NCBI RefSeq assembly: GCF_018350175.1
Contig: NC_058382.1
Span: forward strand, 54,438,001-54,502,000
Source of the DNA: Felis catus
Lineage: Eukaryota
Length of the DNA stretch: 64,000 bases
Reading direction: 5' to 3'
In this document: one piece after another, positions 38,956-51,949 of the stretch
How the letters are laid out: the number at the start of each line of letters is the position of its first letter
Position numbering within the stretch: position 1 is the stretch's first letter
Position numbers and translations under genes: made by a program
The notes under the pieces: model-generated
Seen by the model: only the letters and a program-made list of their open reading frames with translations
Database searches by the model: none
What the model was told of the DNA's origin: nothing

Positions 38956-40256
38956 CGCATTACATTGGTAATTAGCAGCTTCTCTACTTGGATACCGGGT
39001 TTCAGACTCTGCTCCTTACCTAATTCTGAAGCAAATGGTTACAAAAAGAAAAGGCTAAACAACTCGTTTTGTCTATAGAGTATCAACATTCAAATCAAAC
39101 ACACAAACAAGTAGAAAGCAAGTAGTGGATTTACATAAGTGTGTGGGCATGTAGAGTCTCCACCCACGGCATCTGCAGACCCAAGGACATGTTCCAGTCC
39201 TTATGCAAGGGACCCATGTCACCAGGTCTGCATGCCGTTGGGGCTCAAGATCACACTGTGGAGGTAGTGCCACTCAGGCTGAGAACAACAATCGGTGAGG
39301 ACGACCCCTCGATCCCACAGCTGGCTGAAGACTTGTCTCTTGGCAGTGGCTACAAGGCATCTTACAAGGAAGAAAGGAAGACTAAGGATGTGAAAAGAAG
39401 CCACTCGGAAGATCTGACAGTGTTTTACTCAAATCATAGCCCAGCGTTGGCACCTTCTTATGTTCACTCCTTTGACTCTCCCTCCCCTGCCCCCCGCAAC
39501 TGGAAGAGACGCCCCCCATCAGGCTGAGCCCTACTTTCCTAGCCTTGACTGTCAGAGTGAACCACAGCTGGCTGCGTTCGCTCCTCATGGAGAATCTGGA
39601 CATTTCTGAGCCACCACAGCACCCGCTTGGGTTCACTTTTCCTTCAAATCTCCGGAGTCTCAGATGCTACAGCCCATAGCCTTTTAAATGGCTCCTCCGG
39701 CCCCATCTCGAGGTCTGCCTTCCTAACTCATTTCCCACTGCACCAGCAGGGAACACGGTCAGCTCCCTGCATGGATTTACGTGATACATGCCTTTGTAGC
39801 TTCAGGAAATGGGCCAAAAAGTTTTCAGGTTATTAGTTTGTCCATTCACCCATCCATCCATGTAATAAAATGTTTATCGAGCACTATGTCTTCAGGATGC
39901 AACAGCAACAAAAACACACCTGGCCCCTGCCCTCATGGAGGTTATAGTCCAATGGTGGCAACAGGCATTAATCCTGGGGCTCAAAACAACTACTCCTATT
40001 CAGCAAGGCTGCCTGCCAAGGGGAACAGGAGGGTGTCTCATGCATCTCTGGCCATGACCAGAGACCTGGAAAAACCCCAGATTCTTTGTCACATGCTCCC
40101 CCTCCCGTAGGGTACAAGAATCCACATGTTCATTGGGTCCCTTAAGCTTTCTACTTCTATGTATCTCCAAGGAAGCTACGCAAGCTTGCATTCCTAACAA
40201 TGGCCTAGATAAGGAACTGGAGACAACCTATCAGCTGCTTTAAGAAGCTACCAAGA

Positions 40257-40461
40257 GGGGCGCCTGGGTGGCTCAGTCAGTTGAGCATCTGACTTCGGTT
40301 CAGCTCACGATCTCACAGTTTGTGGGTTCGAGCCCTGCGTTGGGTCTGTGCTAACAACTTGGAGCCTGGAGCCTGCGTTGGATTCTGTGTCTCCCTCTTT
40401 CTTTGCCCCTACTACCCCCCTCAAAAATAAATAAACATTAAATTAAAAAATAAATAAATAA
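40257..40461 (+). mobile_element. CAN-SINE (first of tandem pair)
   Basis: TSD aagaag(c/t)t(a/g)ccaaga. Confidence 0.93.
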
Positions 40462-40479
40462 AAGAAGTTGCCAAGAAAA

Positions 40480-40681
40480 GGGGTGCCTGGATGGCTCAGT
40501 CAGTTAAGTGTCCAACTTCAGCTCAGGTCAAGATCTCATGGCTCCTGAGTTTAAGCCCTGCATCATGCTGTCTGCTGTCAGCCTGGAGCCCACTTCATAT
40601 CCTCTGTCCCCTTCTCTCTCTGTCCCTCCCCGGCTCATGCTCTTTCTCTCAAAAATGAATAAGCATTTAAAAAAAAAAAAA
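40480..40681 (+). mobile_element. CAN-SINE (second of tandem pair)
   Basis: SINE body, poly-A; flanks aag(t/g)tgccaag. Confidence 0.93.
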
Positions 40682-41214
40682 AGGTGCCAAGGAAAATGTT
40701 TGATTACTTGAGCATTCAACTAACATAAAAAACAAACCACTTCCTTGAATTAAAGCAATGTTTACTCTCAGCATGCCAAGGCATCCCGACCAGGTGAGAT
40801 ACCACCTCACTCCTTCGCACCCAGGGCGGCTGCATCTCTGCTCTGCCAGGCATCCACCCTTGCCTCCAGGAGAACAATGTTTTAATTTTTGGCATTTTCA
40901 TCTCTGCCACAAACGGTTAAAGTTCCACTGAAATTGAGAGCTCTCAGCAGTGGAGCCTCAGGATGGTGCCACTGTATCCAAGATGAACTTGCCCATCGTG
41001 GTAGAAGCTGAGGCACCCACAAACGTCGGCTACTCCATGAAAGGACAATGGACAAATGTATGGATTATGCTTTCTAGATTTCTCCTACTTGCCAAAGAAA
41101 TTGCTTAAGCAAAATCTCAACAGAAGTGATTGGAAAGGAAAGGACTAGCTGACAGAGAAGTGTTTAAAAGTCAAACATTTCAGAAAGGGAGATGTCAAAT
41201 AACTAAAAACAGAA

Positions 41215-42200
41215 GGGCTAAAGCAGAAAAGGGGGATGAACTGCTACGGCCACAGAATGGAGTAGGGCTCAGCAACGAGGAAGTGCACAGACAACTCAGG
41301 GGACAATTCAAAAGGCCACACAGTGCATGTTTCCATCTATATGACATTGTGCAAAAGACAAAATGGTGGGGCAAGAAACAGATCAATGGTCACCAGGACC
41401 TGGGGAAGGATGGAGAGGTTCGCTATGAAGGGGCACAAGGGGATTTGGGGGGGTGATGGCATTCTTCTCCAGTGTTATGGTGGCAACACAACTATGTGAA
41501 TTTCTCAAAACCCCAAAAAAGGATGGATTTTGCTATATGCAAATTGTGCCCCAAATTTTAACAATTGAAGTGTGGGGGAAAAAAACAGGGGAAAAATATT
41601 TAGTATTTAGAATAAGCATGTCAAACCCTTAGATAATTCAGATTTATATGCACACTCCAAGACCCAATAGAGAGATAGGTAAAGAATATAAATAGATCAT
41701 GTGTATGGGCCAGTACAAATCATAAAATAAGCATGGGGGGAAAAACACATGATGTTAAATTTTAACGCAGGCTAAAGCAACCTTGACCTATTATTTTCAA
41801 CCTACCCAATTTGGCAAAATTTCACAAAATAAACAACATGTAATGCGGGCCAAGCTGGAACGAAATGAGAACCTTATTCATTACAGGCGCTGTTATAAAT
41901 CGGGATGGCCTCTTTGGAGAGCAGTATTATATAACACATTCCCAATAATTTCATTCCTGGAAACTTACACTACAGAAATAACTCAACAAAAGCAAAAAGC
42001 TGTATGTCACAAATATGTTGATTACTTTCTCAGCTATTACAGAAAAATAACAACTAGAAACTAAATGTCCAACAGTAGAATATTGTGTTGTAAATCATGA
42101 CATATCCACTAAAAATGTTTGGAACACTGAGGAGAATTTAAAAATGCTAATGATGTAGTCTTGGTGAAAAAAAAAAAAGTACAAAACTGTATGTGTAATG
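41215..42200 (+). mobile_element. Ancient L1M 3' fragments (at least two pieces)
   Basis: 'ggatgaactgctacggccacagaatggagtagggctc', 'ttccatctatatgacatt', 'aaactaaatgtccaacagtag'. Confidence 0.65.
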
Positions 42201-42785
42201 GTTTCTCACCATAAGCAAGTTCTAAATTTTATTCCCTGTAAGGAAAAACATCCCATATATTTCAAGACAGCAGGAGCCAGTACTATTTGGAAAACAAGGA
42301 CAGGGATTATGTCAAATTCCATTTCTCTTCCTTCTCCCTTACCAGCAGTGTTGGAAAATCCCATCTTCTAAGCCTTGGTTCCTTCATTTGTAAATTTAGA
42401 AAATAATGAATGTCAAATTAAAAAAAAACAAAAAGGAGAGAAAAATACTTTGTAAAGTATATTGTGCCATATAAACAAAATGTTGCAAAAATATCAGGAA
42501 ATAGTAAAAACTTAAGGCAATGGTTCAACAGGAAGTTGGAAGACTAATAAATAGCAGGGTTAATTACATAAAGTTTTAAACAACTCCAGGCAGTTGTTGT
42601 TTTTTGTTTTTTTGTTTTTTGTTTTTTTTTTTTTTGGTTTGGTTAGGTTTGATTTTTTGAGGTGCGTGTACGTTCATGGGCTGGTTCTACAAAGAACATT
42701 GCCAGAAGAATTTTTAAAATTGAAGAGGATATTGTTTAAAAATTAAGCTATCTTTTGATAACTTGGAAAAAAAAGCTTCTTAAAT

Positions 42786-42940
42786 TTTCCTTTTTTTCTT
42801 TCTTCTTCCTTTTTCTTCCTTCTTCCTTTCTTCCTCACTCCCTTTCTCCCCCTCCTCTTCCTCCTCTTTCTCTTCCTCTTCCTCCTGTCCCTCCTCCTCC
42901 TCCCCCTCTCCTTCTCCTCTTCCTCTTCCTCATTCCTCTC
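42786..42940. repeat. Polypyrimidine (CTT/CCT)n low-complexity tract
   Basis: About 150 bp almost purely C/T. Confidence 0.95.
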
Positions 42941-43139
42941 GGCAGTTCTTACATGATGTGAAAATGCTCTCGACTCAGTTAAGCTGTTTGGATCCATGTG
43001 ATGGGGGGATGTACAACATGTATAATTTGGAAGCAACAGTGAAGAAACGATATAATTACCACAGCGTCTTAAACATAAATATTGTGGAATGAATGATCAG
43101 TTGAATGAATATGGATAAGGGCCAAGGACAGGTTTTTTT

Positions 43140-45830
43140 CAATCAAAGTGTGGGCCTGTGAGTAACTGGTTGTCATGTGCAGAACAAAACTGCAGAAATT
43201 CTAGGTTAAGAGGTTTAAGATAGTGATTGAAATTCCATCTCAAAACTCCCCAGTTCCAACACCTAACACAATCAGCAAAACAGCTAAACCAGTAAAACAA
43301 AAACAAAAACAAAAAAACAGTCATCAAAAGCAATCAATAACCAAAAGGGTAAACTAATCAAAGATCAACTAAGGGAAGGAACAAAAAATTCTGGAGCAAA
43401 GCAAAAAGTACAACGAGGCAAGGTGCTCAAGCCACCCTCATACCACAGAAGCTGTCCCTTTAAATCAACAAAATCCAGAGAAGTTTTACTTAATCTCCCA
43501 ATTCTTACCCTTTTTTCTTCTGCTGTAGAAATAAGGGAAAGAGCTGTTAGGAAGAAATAGGGAGAGGCACAAAACAACAGAGAAAAGTAAACACACAGAA
43601 ACTCTCCAAAACTATGTGCTGAAGTGGAAAACAAAACACAAGGAAACCTCAACCCCCAGGGAGATGGGCATACCGCCACCCCCTGCCAACTGTGTGGAGT
43701 GAACCTTGATCCAGACTATTTGGCATAATTTAGAAGACAGAATAAAGCCCAGCCAATTGTAACAAAGCATTTTTACCCTTGCAGGCTAAAGCAACCTAAC
43801 CCTTCCCCCTGGATCTCTCCCTCCCTCCACCATCCCCCCAGCCACAGAAAAGTAGATGGAGCACAAAATACCTAGCCCTCGAAATGCAGCTTGGAGAGGA
43901 AACAGCCTTGTCTCAGACAGGGTAGGAAGAGAGTCAAGAAGTTATCCACACTATGTACTTGCAAATAGAATGTCTAGTCAGAGCTGCCCAAGCATAAGAA
44001 AGATGAAGGGGCCCCTGGGTGGCTCAGTCAGTTAAGCGTCCAACTTCGGCTCAGGTCTTGATCTCACAGTTCATGGGTTCGAGGCCTGCATCAGGCTCTG
44101 TGATGACAGCTCAGAGCCTGGAGCCTGCTTCAGACTCTCTGTCTCCCTCTCTCTCTCCCCCTTCCCTGTTCTCTCTCTTTCAAAAATAAGAAAACATTAA
44201 AAAAATTAAAAAGAAAGATGAAAATAAATGTCATAGAAACTATGCAAAACAAAAGAAAAGGGAAAGAGAAAAGAAAGGAAGAAGTGACAAAGGGAGGAAG
44301 GGATATACAAGTATAAAACAAAGAACTCAAGCAAGAAGAAAACATGGATTCAAAAGAGAGAAGGAAATCCCTTACATACTACTTCATACCAGCAACAAAT
44401 GAGAACATAAATCTCAATAAAACAAGAACTCCAAACAAGAGAACAAAAATCTCAGAATGAGATTTTCTGAATGGAGACTGAAAGAACCAAGGAAACAAAT
44501 TAAAAACCAAAACAGTATTATGGAACTATTAAATAATTCAGGACAGCAAAGAAAGAATCAATCTTGTGTGGAAAATGAATTATTGGAACAAAAGTCTTGC
44601 ATTACAATTAAAATGACAAACACCTGAAAACTGTATGAGAGAAACTAACAGATATGGAAGACAAAAATTATCCAACATATGCATATTTGATTCCTTAAAC
44701 TGCTAATCCAACAAAGATTTACGAAGATGTGCTTAAAGACATAATACAAAACAAACAAACAAAACCCACAAGAAAAAAAACCCAGAAAACTGTCCTGATA
44801 TAAAAAGAGTAATGACTTTTCAACTCTAAAGGGTACAATCCATTGTAGGAAAATTTTATTGAAAATCCTCAATACTGAATATATCCCAGTTAAGCTGGGA
44901 TTATAAAGATTCAGAAAGAATGCCTCCAATACTCAGGAACAAAAATAAATTACCTACAAAGAAGAAAAAAAATCCTAGGTATCCTCAGTTCCACAGCAGC
45001 ACTCAACGCCAGAAGACAATGGAATAATGTCTACAAAGTTTTAAATGACAGAAAATGTATCTTAAGAATTTTATACACAGCCCAGGATGCTGTTCAAGCA
45101 ATAAAGGACTTATAAGGCATTCTTGAGACAATGACTTTGAATGAAATCCAGGTAATTGAGAGATGACCTTAAGGAAATAATGCAGGAATGCAAAAGACAC
45201 ATGAACAGGGCTGGTGATGAGTACTGAATCCATTTAAACATAGAACTAATACTAAATAACTCTGGGGAAGTATATTTAAATGACTGAATGTCAACATTAT
45301 AAACCTGGAAAATTAAAAATAATCATAGTGTAAGTTTTAAAAATCAGGAAACAAAAGAAGTGATAGGAGGAAACTCACATGTTAATGCTCTCATCTTTCT
45401 TAGCAAGATTAATTATACTCGCTAAAAACTGAAACACATCGCTTTTTAAAATCTCCAACCTCTTTTCATTCTCTCCATGCCCTACCTCTGTCCCTCCCCC
45501 ATCTCCTTTCCTCCCTCTTAAGGGAATACTTTATTATATCTCTTGTGGTAAAGACACATTAAAAATTTTTCTTCCAACAATTCGCTCCCTCTATCATTTC
45601 TTTTCTAGTATTGAATTCAAATAAAAGTAAAGTATTAAATTGAATGCTTTTAATAAAAATAGCATTTCCCTTTTATAAAATATTTATATCTATACTTTTA
45701 ACTGTACACATACACATAATACATTAAAATATGTGCTTATTTATATCCCTAAAAACATATCTAGAGCAGTCCATCCAGTGTTTGCGATGGTTATTTCCGA
45801 GTGGTGGGATTTGCTCCCGCGTTTACTTCT
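43140..45830 (+). mobile_element. Degenerate L1 ORF1-bearing element (HAL1 or old L1M 5' region)
   Basis: About 44940-45100 'attacctacaaag...cagcactcaacgccagaagacaatggaataatgtctacaaagtttta...aagaattttatac' echoes the ORF1 C-terminal motifs TYKG / ARRQW / PRILYP; A-rich, no ORF2 seen; boundaries uncertain. Confidence 0.6.
44008..44210 (+). mobile_element. CAN-SINE (SINEC)
   Basis: Perfect TSD aagaaagatgaa at 43996-44007 and 44211-44222. Confidence 0.95.
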
Positions 45831-45989
45831 GTGCAGCATTCGGTCTCTTTAAAACAAGCACGTTACCTGTTTAAATGACTGTAGACGGGTTGTATTAATA
45901 AGCTCGAAGAGCAGAAGGTGGTGGAGGAGGAGAGAGGGAGGGGCAGGGTGTCAGGTGGACAGAGGGAGGAGGGGAGGACGGGAAAGAGA

Positions 45990-46560
45990 GGGCAGGACCA
46001 CGAGCGGAGGCCGCAGGGGGAACAGAGGCAGCGGAGGAGCGGAGCGCACTCGAAGAGGCGGCGCCCAGCGGAGCGCGTTGGCGCCTGCAGGAAGCGCCTC
46101 CTGGCAGCACGCTGACCTAGTTTCCGCGGGCCCATCGGTCTGCGGCCAAAGCTCTGCTAAAACAGCCTGGAGCCTCGGAGACGCGCACAGCTCGGGAGGA
46201 GGCCAACCCGGACAGCCTCTGCCTCTTCCTCTGCGCCCGGAGCTGTCAGATTCAACGGCGCCGGCGTTCCCCGGAAAGCGGGGGTGGAGAGGGATCCCGG
46301 AGCCGACCCTGGGGCCAGGCTTCTTGGAAGAAGTCAGCCGGCTCGTCTATTGAACCCGAGTCGTCGGGTGGGACCTCTGGCCTGAGAGCAGGCGCCCTTC
46401 TCCCTGGGAGAGGACCAGGACTAGAGCCTCGCCTCTCCAGCTGATGTCCCCACTCCAGGCTGCAGGGAGTCCCACGTGGCGATCGCGCACGCTTCCTCCT
46501 GCTCCAGACGGCCTGCCAGCACCTGCCCAGAACTTGCAGGCCGGGACGGGCTCAAGTTGT
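45990..46560. promoter_or_regulatory. CpG island (orphan promoter/enhancer candidate)
   Basis: Highest non-repeat CpG and GC density in the window (gcggagcgcgttggcgcc, cggcgccggcg, gcgatcgcgcacg). Confidence 0.8.
46093..46109 (-). promoter_or_regulatory. CTCF-like motif in CpG island
   Basis: Minus strand TGCTGCCAGGAGGCGCT; imperfect core match. Confidence 0.45.
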
Positions 46561-47364
46561 CAACTCAGCCCTGCCACTTCCCACCCCTTGTCCTTGGGCA
46601 AGTCATTAGGTGCCTCAGAGTCTCATCTTTCTTGTATTTAGGACAGAAGATGCCATTTACATCCCAGAGGCAGGGTGAGGAGTAAATAGAAAGACGGGGG
46701 TCATGGTGCCTGGAGTGGCAGCGGGCCCCCGCCCTGTGCTCAGTATAAAATGTTAGCTTATCCACTCATTGGGAAGATGCTTTGTAGGGGGCACGATTGA
46801 TGGCTTCAGGTGCCAGCCACCTCTGTCCACTCCTGATCAGGGGTGATTTATGTCATCATAGCTACTTATGCCCTGAGACATTAAGTAACTAAGTGCTTGA
46901 TGCAATGCGTCCTTTCTGAAATATTTCCTATGAAATACTTTGGCCCTAAGCCCACCACCTAAAGAATTATGTTTTGGGTCACTGATATAAAAAAAAAATA
47001 ATAAACACTTAAAAAGCAATTGCTATGATGCAGATGGAGGGTGAAATAACTCTCTTTGCCTCTCAGCAGCAACCACCAGGGGGAAAATCGGGTGAAATAA
47101 GCAATGGACATTTGTCATTTGGGGGTCATATGGCATCCATTCCTCCCTTTTTTATGGTTAATATCTTGATTTCTTCCGGGGGAAGTTGCCCCACCTGCAC
47201 TGAGCCATTTTGCATAGATGAAAATCAAAGTCTCCCGTGCTCCCCAAACCAAGGAGTGAGCCTGTGAGCCAGCTTGGCCAACTGGACTGTCCCTCCCCCA
47301 GGACTTGGAATCATGCAGGGCCCATACAAGGACAGAAGAAAACACTAATAAAAACAGTAAAGCA

Positions 47365-47515
47365 GGGGCGTCTGGGTGGCTCGGTGGGGGAAGCATCCGA
47401 CTTCAGCTCAGGTCATCATCTCGCGGTTTGGGGGTTCGAGCTCCGCATCGGGCTCTGTGCTGACAGCCCAGAGCCTGGAGCCTGCTTCCGATTCTGTGTC
47501 TCCCTCTCTTTCTGC

Positions 47516-47553
<38 letters not shown>

Positions 47554-47625
47554 CTCTCTCAAAAACATTTAAAACATTTAAACATTTAAACAACATAACA
47601 TAAACATTAAAAAAAAACTTTTTTT
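47365..47625 (+). mobile_element. CAN-SINE with internal (GT)n and (aaacattt)x3 tail
   Basis: TSD aaacagtaaa. Confidence 0.93.
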
Positions 47626-50569
47626 AAACAGTAAAACAAGACAACAGGGGCATTTTCTTTCTGGTGGTGATGCCCTACCTAGGTTATCAATGCTTCCATC
47701 ACCACCACCCACAGCCCACCAGCCTCGTGTGTGCCCATCCAGAGCTCGGGATGCAGGAATTCAGCTAACATCTGGACAGCTGCAACCTTATGTCCCGAGG
47801 CCATTACCAGGTTTAAGAGTGACCTCATCATCTCCCCTCACCCCTAAGCCTGCTCCTCTCCCAAGTTCCCTACCTCAGTGCAGGTCACTACCACCCTTCC
47901 AGTTTCCCAGGGGGAATTATCCTAGACCGTTCCTTTCTCATCCCTCATTCATCTGGTTTCTGCATCTATCAATTCTGCCCCCTAAGCGCTTGGAACCCCA
48001 TTCTTCCTTCATCTGCCTCAGTTCAGGACTTCATCCTTTCTCTCCGGGAAGATGGCAATAGCTTCTCCAAGAAGATGTTCCCTACGCCGGGCCTTCCTAC
48101 TCCTAACTCATCTTCCACGCTGCAGTCAGGGCAGTCTTTCTGAAAGGTCCCACATGGTTGTGTCGGGAGCTGGGAACTCTTTGACACTCCGCCCTTTGCC
48201 TCTCCGTAGAGCCCAGTCTCCTTATCATGGTAAACCAGGTCTTGAATCCCTGGCCACTCTATCCCCTTTCTTGTCATCTCTCAACACCCCTCCCCAGGTA
48301 CCTTCCTCCACCCACATGAAAGTTTCCACAGAGTTCAGGACATTCTTTGCTTTTTTTTTTTTCTTTTTTTTTCTTTTACACCATTTCTACTATGGCATTG
48401 CCTTTATCCTAGAAGTCATGTCTCAGACTGTCCCCTCTAAGGACCACATCAACTCAAACAGAGTAGGATGAGTGAATGAGTACATTTGGGTTGGAGATGG
48501 GGAAAGGAGATAGTCTCGCGTTTGCTTTTTTCCCAGGCAGATTGCGGGAAGCTGGTTTACGTTTCTGAGAGTGACTAAGACGTTAAGCCTGGAACCACGG
48601 GCAGCCGTGCTGTCGCTACGAGGAAAACACTGTTTGGGAATGGAGCCAAAAGAAGAGAGTTTGTCCATGAGACCAAGTTCCCTTGGTGACATTCGAGCCC
48701 CTAGATACATCTGTGCCTGAAATCAGACATGACTCTTGAACTTTTTGGTTGTGTAAGCCATGCCCTCTTTTTGCCTGAGCCATTTTAAATGTGGATTCTC
48801 CACCTATTGCAAACAGAAGAATCCTGATATCCCTAAAGAACAGTGAAAATAAGAATACGCCTTGAGAGAAAAACATCAAAATCCAGAAAACAGAAGTCTG
48901 GGATCAACCTGAAGAGACAGAATGGTCCTGTGGCTGGCAAGACTTGACTGCAACCTACTGAACAAACACAACATATGTTGTGCCTAGACTCTAAGTTACC
49001 TGATATTGAAAACATCTAGCAGAGGAGGGTTGGTGAGACATACATACGTGGACAAAGCGGGGTTGGGGAGGAAGACTTGGCCATGCCCATCCAAGCACCA
49101 TACAGGCCAACAGGTATCAGAGTTCCCTTGGCAAGATTTACCATCTAGTGCAGGGGCTCTGAAACTGGGATCCCGTGGCTGGGCTTCCTGGAGTTTTGTA
49201 GCCTCTTGAAATTGCATGTACAATTGTACATCTTCAACAGAACAATGTCCGTGGTCTCAATCAGATAGTCGTGGGGGTTCATTACACTGTGTAGATTAAG
49301 AATTGCTAATGTAGCAAGTGAAGAGTATTCCAGGCACTCTAAGAAACTCTTCTTAAAACCACCAAATTCCTTTGTACATTCCAGTCTGTTTCTCAGGACA
49401 CCATCCTCTAATAATCAGCTTCCCATGTGGCTTGCGTCCAGGGAGAGAATGCAGTGAAGCCACTGATGGGGGCCCTTGGCTCCACTCGAGAGCTGTTTCT
49501 CACTACAAAGCAAGAAACGGGGACATTGGGGGAGGGGGCTGTGTTATCTGAGTCAGCTCAGATGCAAGTAGAGCAAGATTTGGGGAGCAAGAACTAGGAT
49601 CCGTTGAGCTTGTGTTGCCAACACTTGCCTAGGTTATCTCATCTAATCTTAACAAACCTGTGAGACGGAAATTACTATACCCCCGTTTTATATAGGATCA
49701 AGGTTTATACAGGTTAAAAAACGTCCATGGCTGCCTGACTTCCAAGACCATCCTACCAACAACTACTACAAAGCACATCCAGGTTCTGGTAATCGCACAT
49801 TGGTCTTTGTGGTCACTCTGGTTGTGGCGCTAGCGTCTAGATCCCCCTGCGACATGCTTCTAGCAGTGGACCCCTGCCTTTACCCCAAGCCATAGGGAAT
49901 GTGAACCCAAGCACATCCCCCTGGGATATCCTTTAGACAGAGAGGTTGACTTAGGGATAAAAATATGACCCAGGTCCAGGCCATCTTCCAGGGGCTTTGT
50001 AAATGGAGATAGTAGGGAAGGCCCTTTGCCTCTTGGGTCTTGGGGAAAACTAATCTTCCAGAGAAAAGAATAAAGTTAATCAGAAACCAGAAAAGATGAG
50101 AGATGGGCCGCAGGAGCCCCAGCAGCTGGAGGTCCAGGTTCTAGAAGGTCTTGTTTGCATTCTGTGAATTCCTCTCATAACAGCCTGGACAGAAAGACTC
50201 AGTCAACAGGAAGGGGGTAACAGCAAACTTCATGGCTACCTTTCATTGCATTTATTCTTCACATCAGAACTCTAAGGTAGGTCCTATCCTTTTTGCCGAG
50301 ATGAGACAAATAAGGAACAAAAGTGGTTCAGCAGACTGGCCGAGGTCACACAGAGGCGGGTGCAGAGAGGAAGAGAGGACACAGGGCTCCAACCCAACCA
50401 CCATGTTATGTCACTTTCCATCAACACGATAAAAGTGCATCCCATCAGTAAAAGCAGAGTGATGTCATGCCTCAGTCTGGAGAGGGAGCTGGAAGTAGTT
50501 GAGATGCCTCCCATGGAGAAAGTTTGCCTCAGAAGATGGAAACACTTCCTAGCTTACCTACAGAACCAA

Positions 50570-51068
50570 TGTATTAGTATTTTGCTGTAGCAAACAAACA
50601 AACAAACAAACAAACAAAAAAACCCAAAAAACCTCCAAAAATCTCGGGGGCTTCCAACAACAAGCTTTATTCCTTGCACTCAGGTTTGCAGCTCGGCTAT
50701 ATCGGTGCCCCACTCTGCTCCACGTGTCTTCTCACACCAGGGGTGAGGCTGAAGGAGCAGCCACCATCTGGGACATGGCCATCATGCTGCAGAAAGCAGG
50801 AAGGCAAGGGGCCAAGCCAAACGATGCACTATCTTTGAAAGCTTCTGCTCTGACATGGCAGAAAAATGACACCCCCTCACATCACACTGGCCAAAGCAAG
50901 TCACATGGCCAAGCCTGACAACATATTCCACCTACTGGAATAACTTCTGGAAGAAATGTATTCCACTCACTGGAATGACCCCTGAAAGTCATGTGGCAAA
51001 GAGTGTGGATATATAAAACCCTCACAGGGAGGAAGAAGATGGTTGCAAACAATAACATAATCAACTAC
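50570..51068 (-). mobile_element. MLT1J/H-like MaLR LTR
   Basis: 'tgtattagta...gctgtagcaaac', 'ggctgaaggagcagccaccatctgggacatg', 'cactggccaaagcaagtcacatggccaagcctgac'. Confidence 0.7.
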
Positions 51069-51634
51069 AGCAGGAAATAAGCATGGGCTGGAACAACAGA
51101 ACATATGACAAATCTACCTTTCATCGGTGGGGGCCCTCCAGCAGGGCTGCTGGGAAGACAACACAAACTGAACAAGGACAGAGTCCCAGCTGCAGAAAGG
51201 CCAGCTTTCAGTGGCAAAAACAGCAAGTCCTGAGAGCTAAAGCTTTCAACATCTGGATCCCAAAGAGAGAACTCACAAAACACCGGAATACAGTGGCCCA
51301 ACAGCATGCCTGATGAGTGTGTCATAAGAATAATCATTATCTCAGGGCCTTGGGTTTTGAGTAATTTCTCCATCTGTTTTCTGTTGTGTTATTATGCTTT
51401 CTTAATTATAAAAATGAGCAATTTTTTAAAGACATGTGCCTTTCTTGAAGCCTAAAAGAACAAGAAGAACAGAGGCAATTACTTTCCAAGGCCAAGCCTC
51501 ATGGTGTTGAGGAAGGTTTGCATGTTGGGTGATGCACCAAGAGGGTGTCATTTCAATCCTGTGGGGTAAATGGTCCTGCCACCTACCCTGATGACTGACA
51601 AATGGAGAGTGGTCAGGAAAACCTTTTCCTTGGG

Positions 51635-51649
51635 GTGTGTGCGTGTGTG

Positions 51650-51696
<47 letters not shown>
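51635..51696. repeat. (TG)n microsatellite
   Basis: Direct reading. Confidence 0.97.
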
Positions 51697-51699
<3 letters not shown>

Positions 51700-51949
51700 G
51701 CCCTAACTTAGACATTCCAGGAAGTTTCAGCTCAGATCCCATCTGAGGCTGAAGAAAAACAAAGGCCACCATGAGTTCAGTATGAGGTGGAAATCCTGGA
51801 TTCCTTTCTAGCCCAGACTAGGTAATATGGGCTTAAAATGTCTCAGTTCACACTGAGTGTGTGAGACAGTCAGCCGTGGGTTTTGTGGAAACTAACCATG
51901 AGTTTAAGCCGATATGAGCCCAGTTTGGTGTCATGTGTACAAAGACTGC

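Noticed and set aside
39141..39527. 128-aa plus-strand ORF and an overlapping minus-strand possible terminal exon (39360-39219)
   Set aside because: No recognisable homology, the acceptor is an atypical AAG, and no partner coding exons were found.
42743..43036. Basic Arg/Lys/Glu-rich ORF resembling a nuclear protein
   Set aside because: Translation of the polypyrimidine tract's complement.
47072..47088. CCACCAGGGGGAAA as an additional CTCF site
   Set aside because: Lacks the conserved GC at the 3' end of the core.
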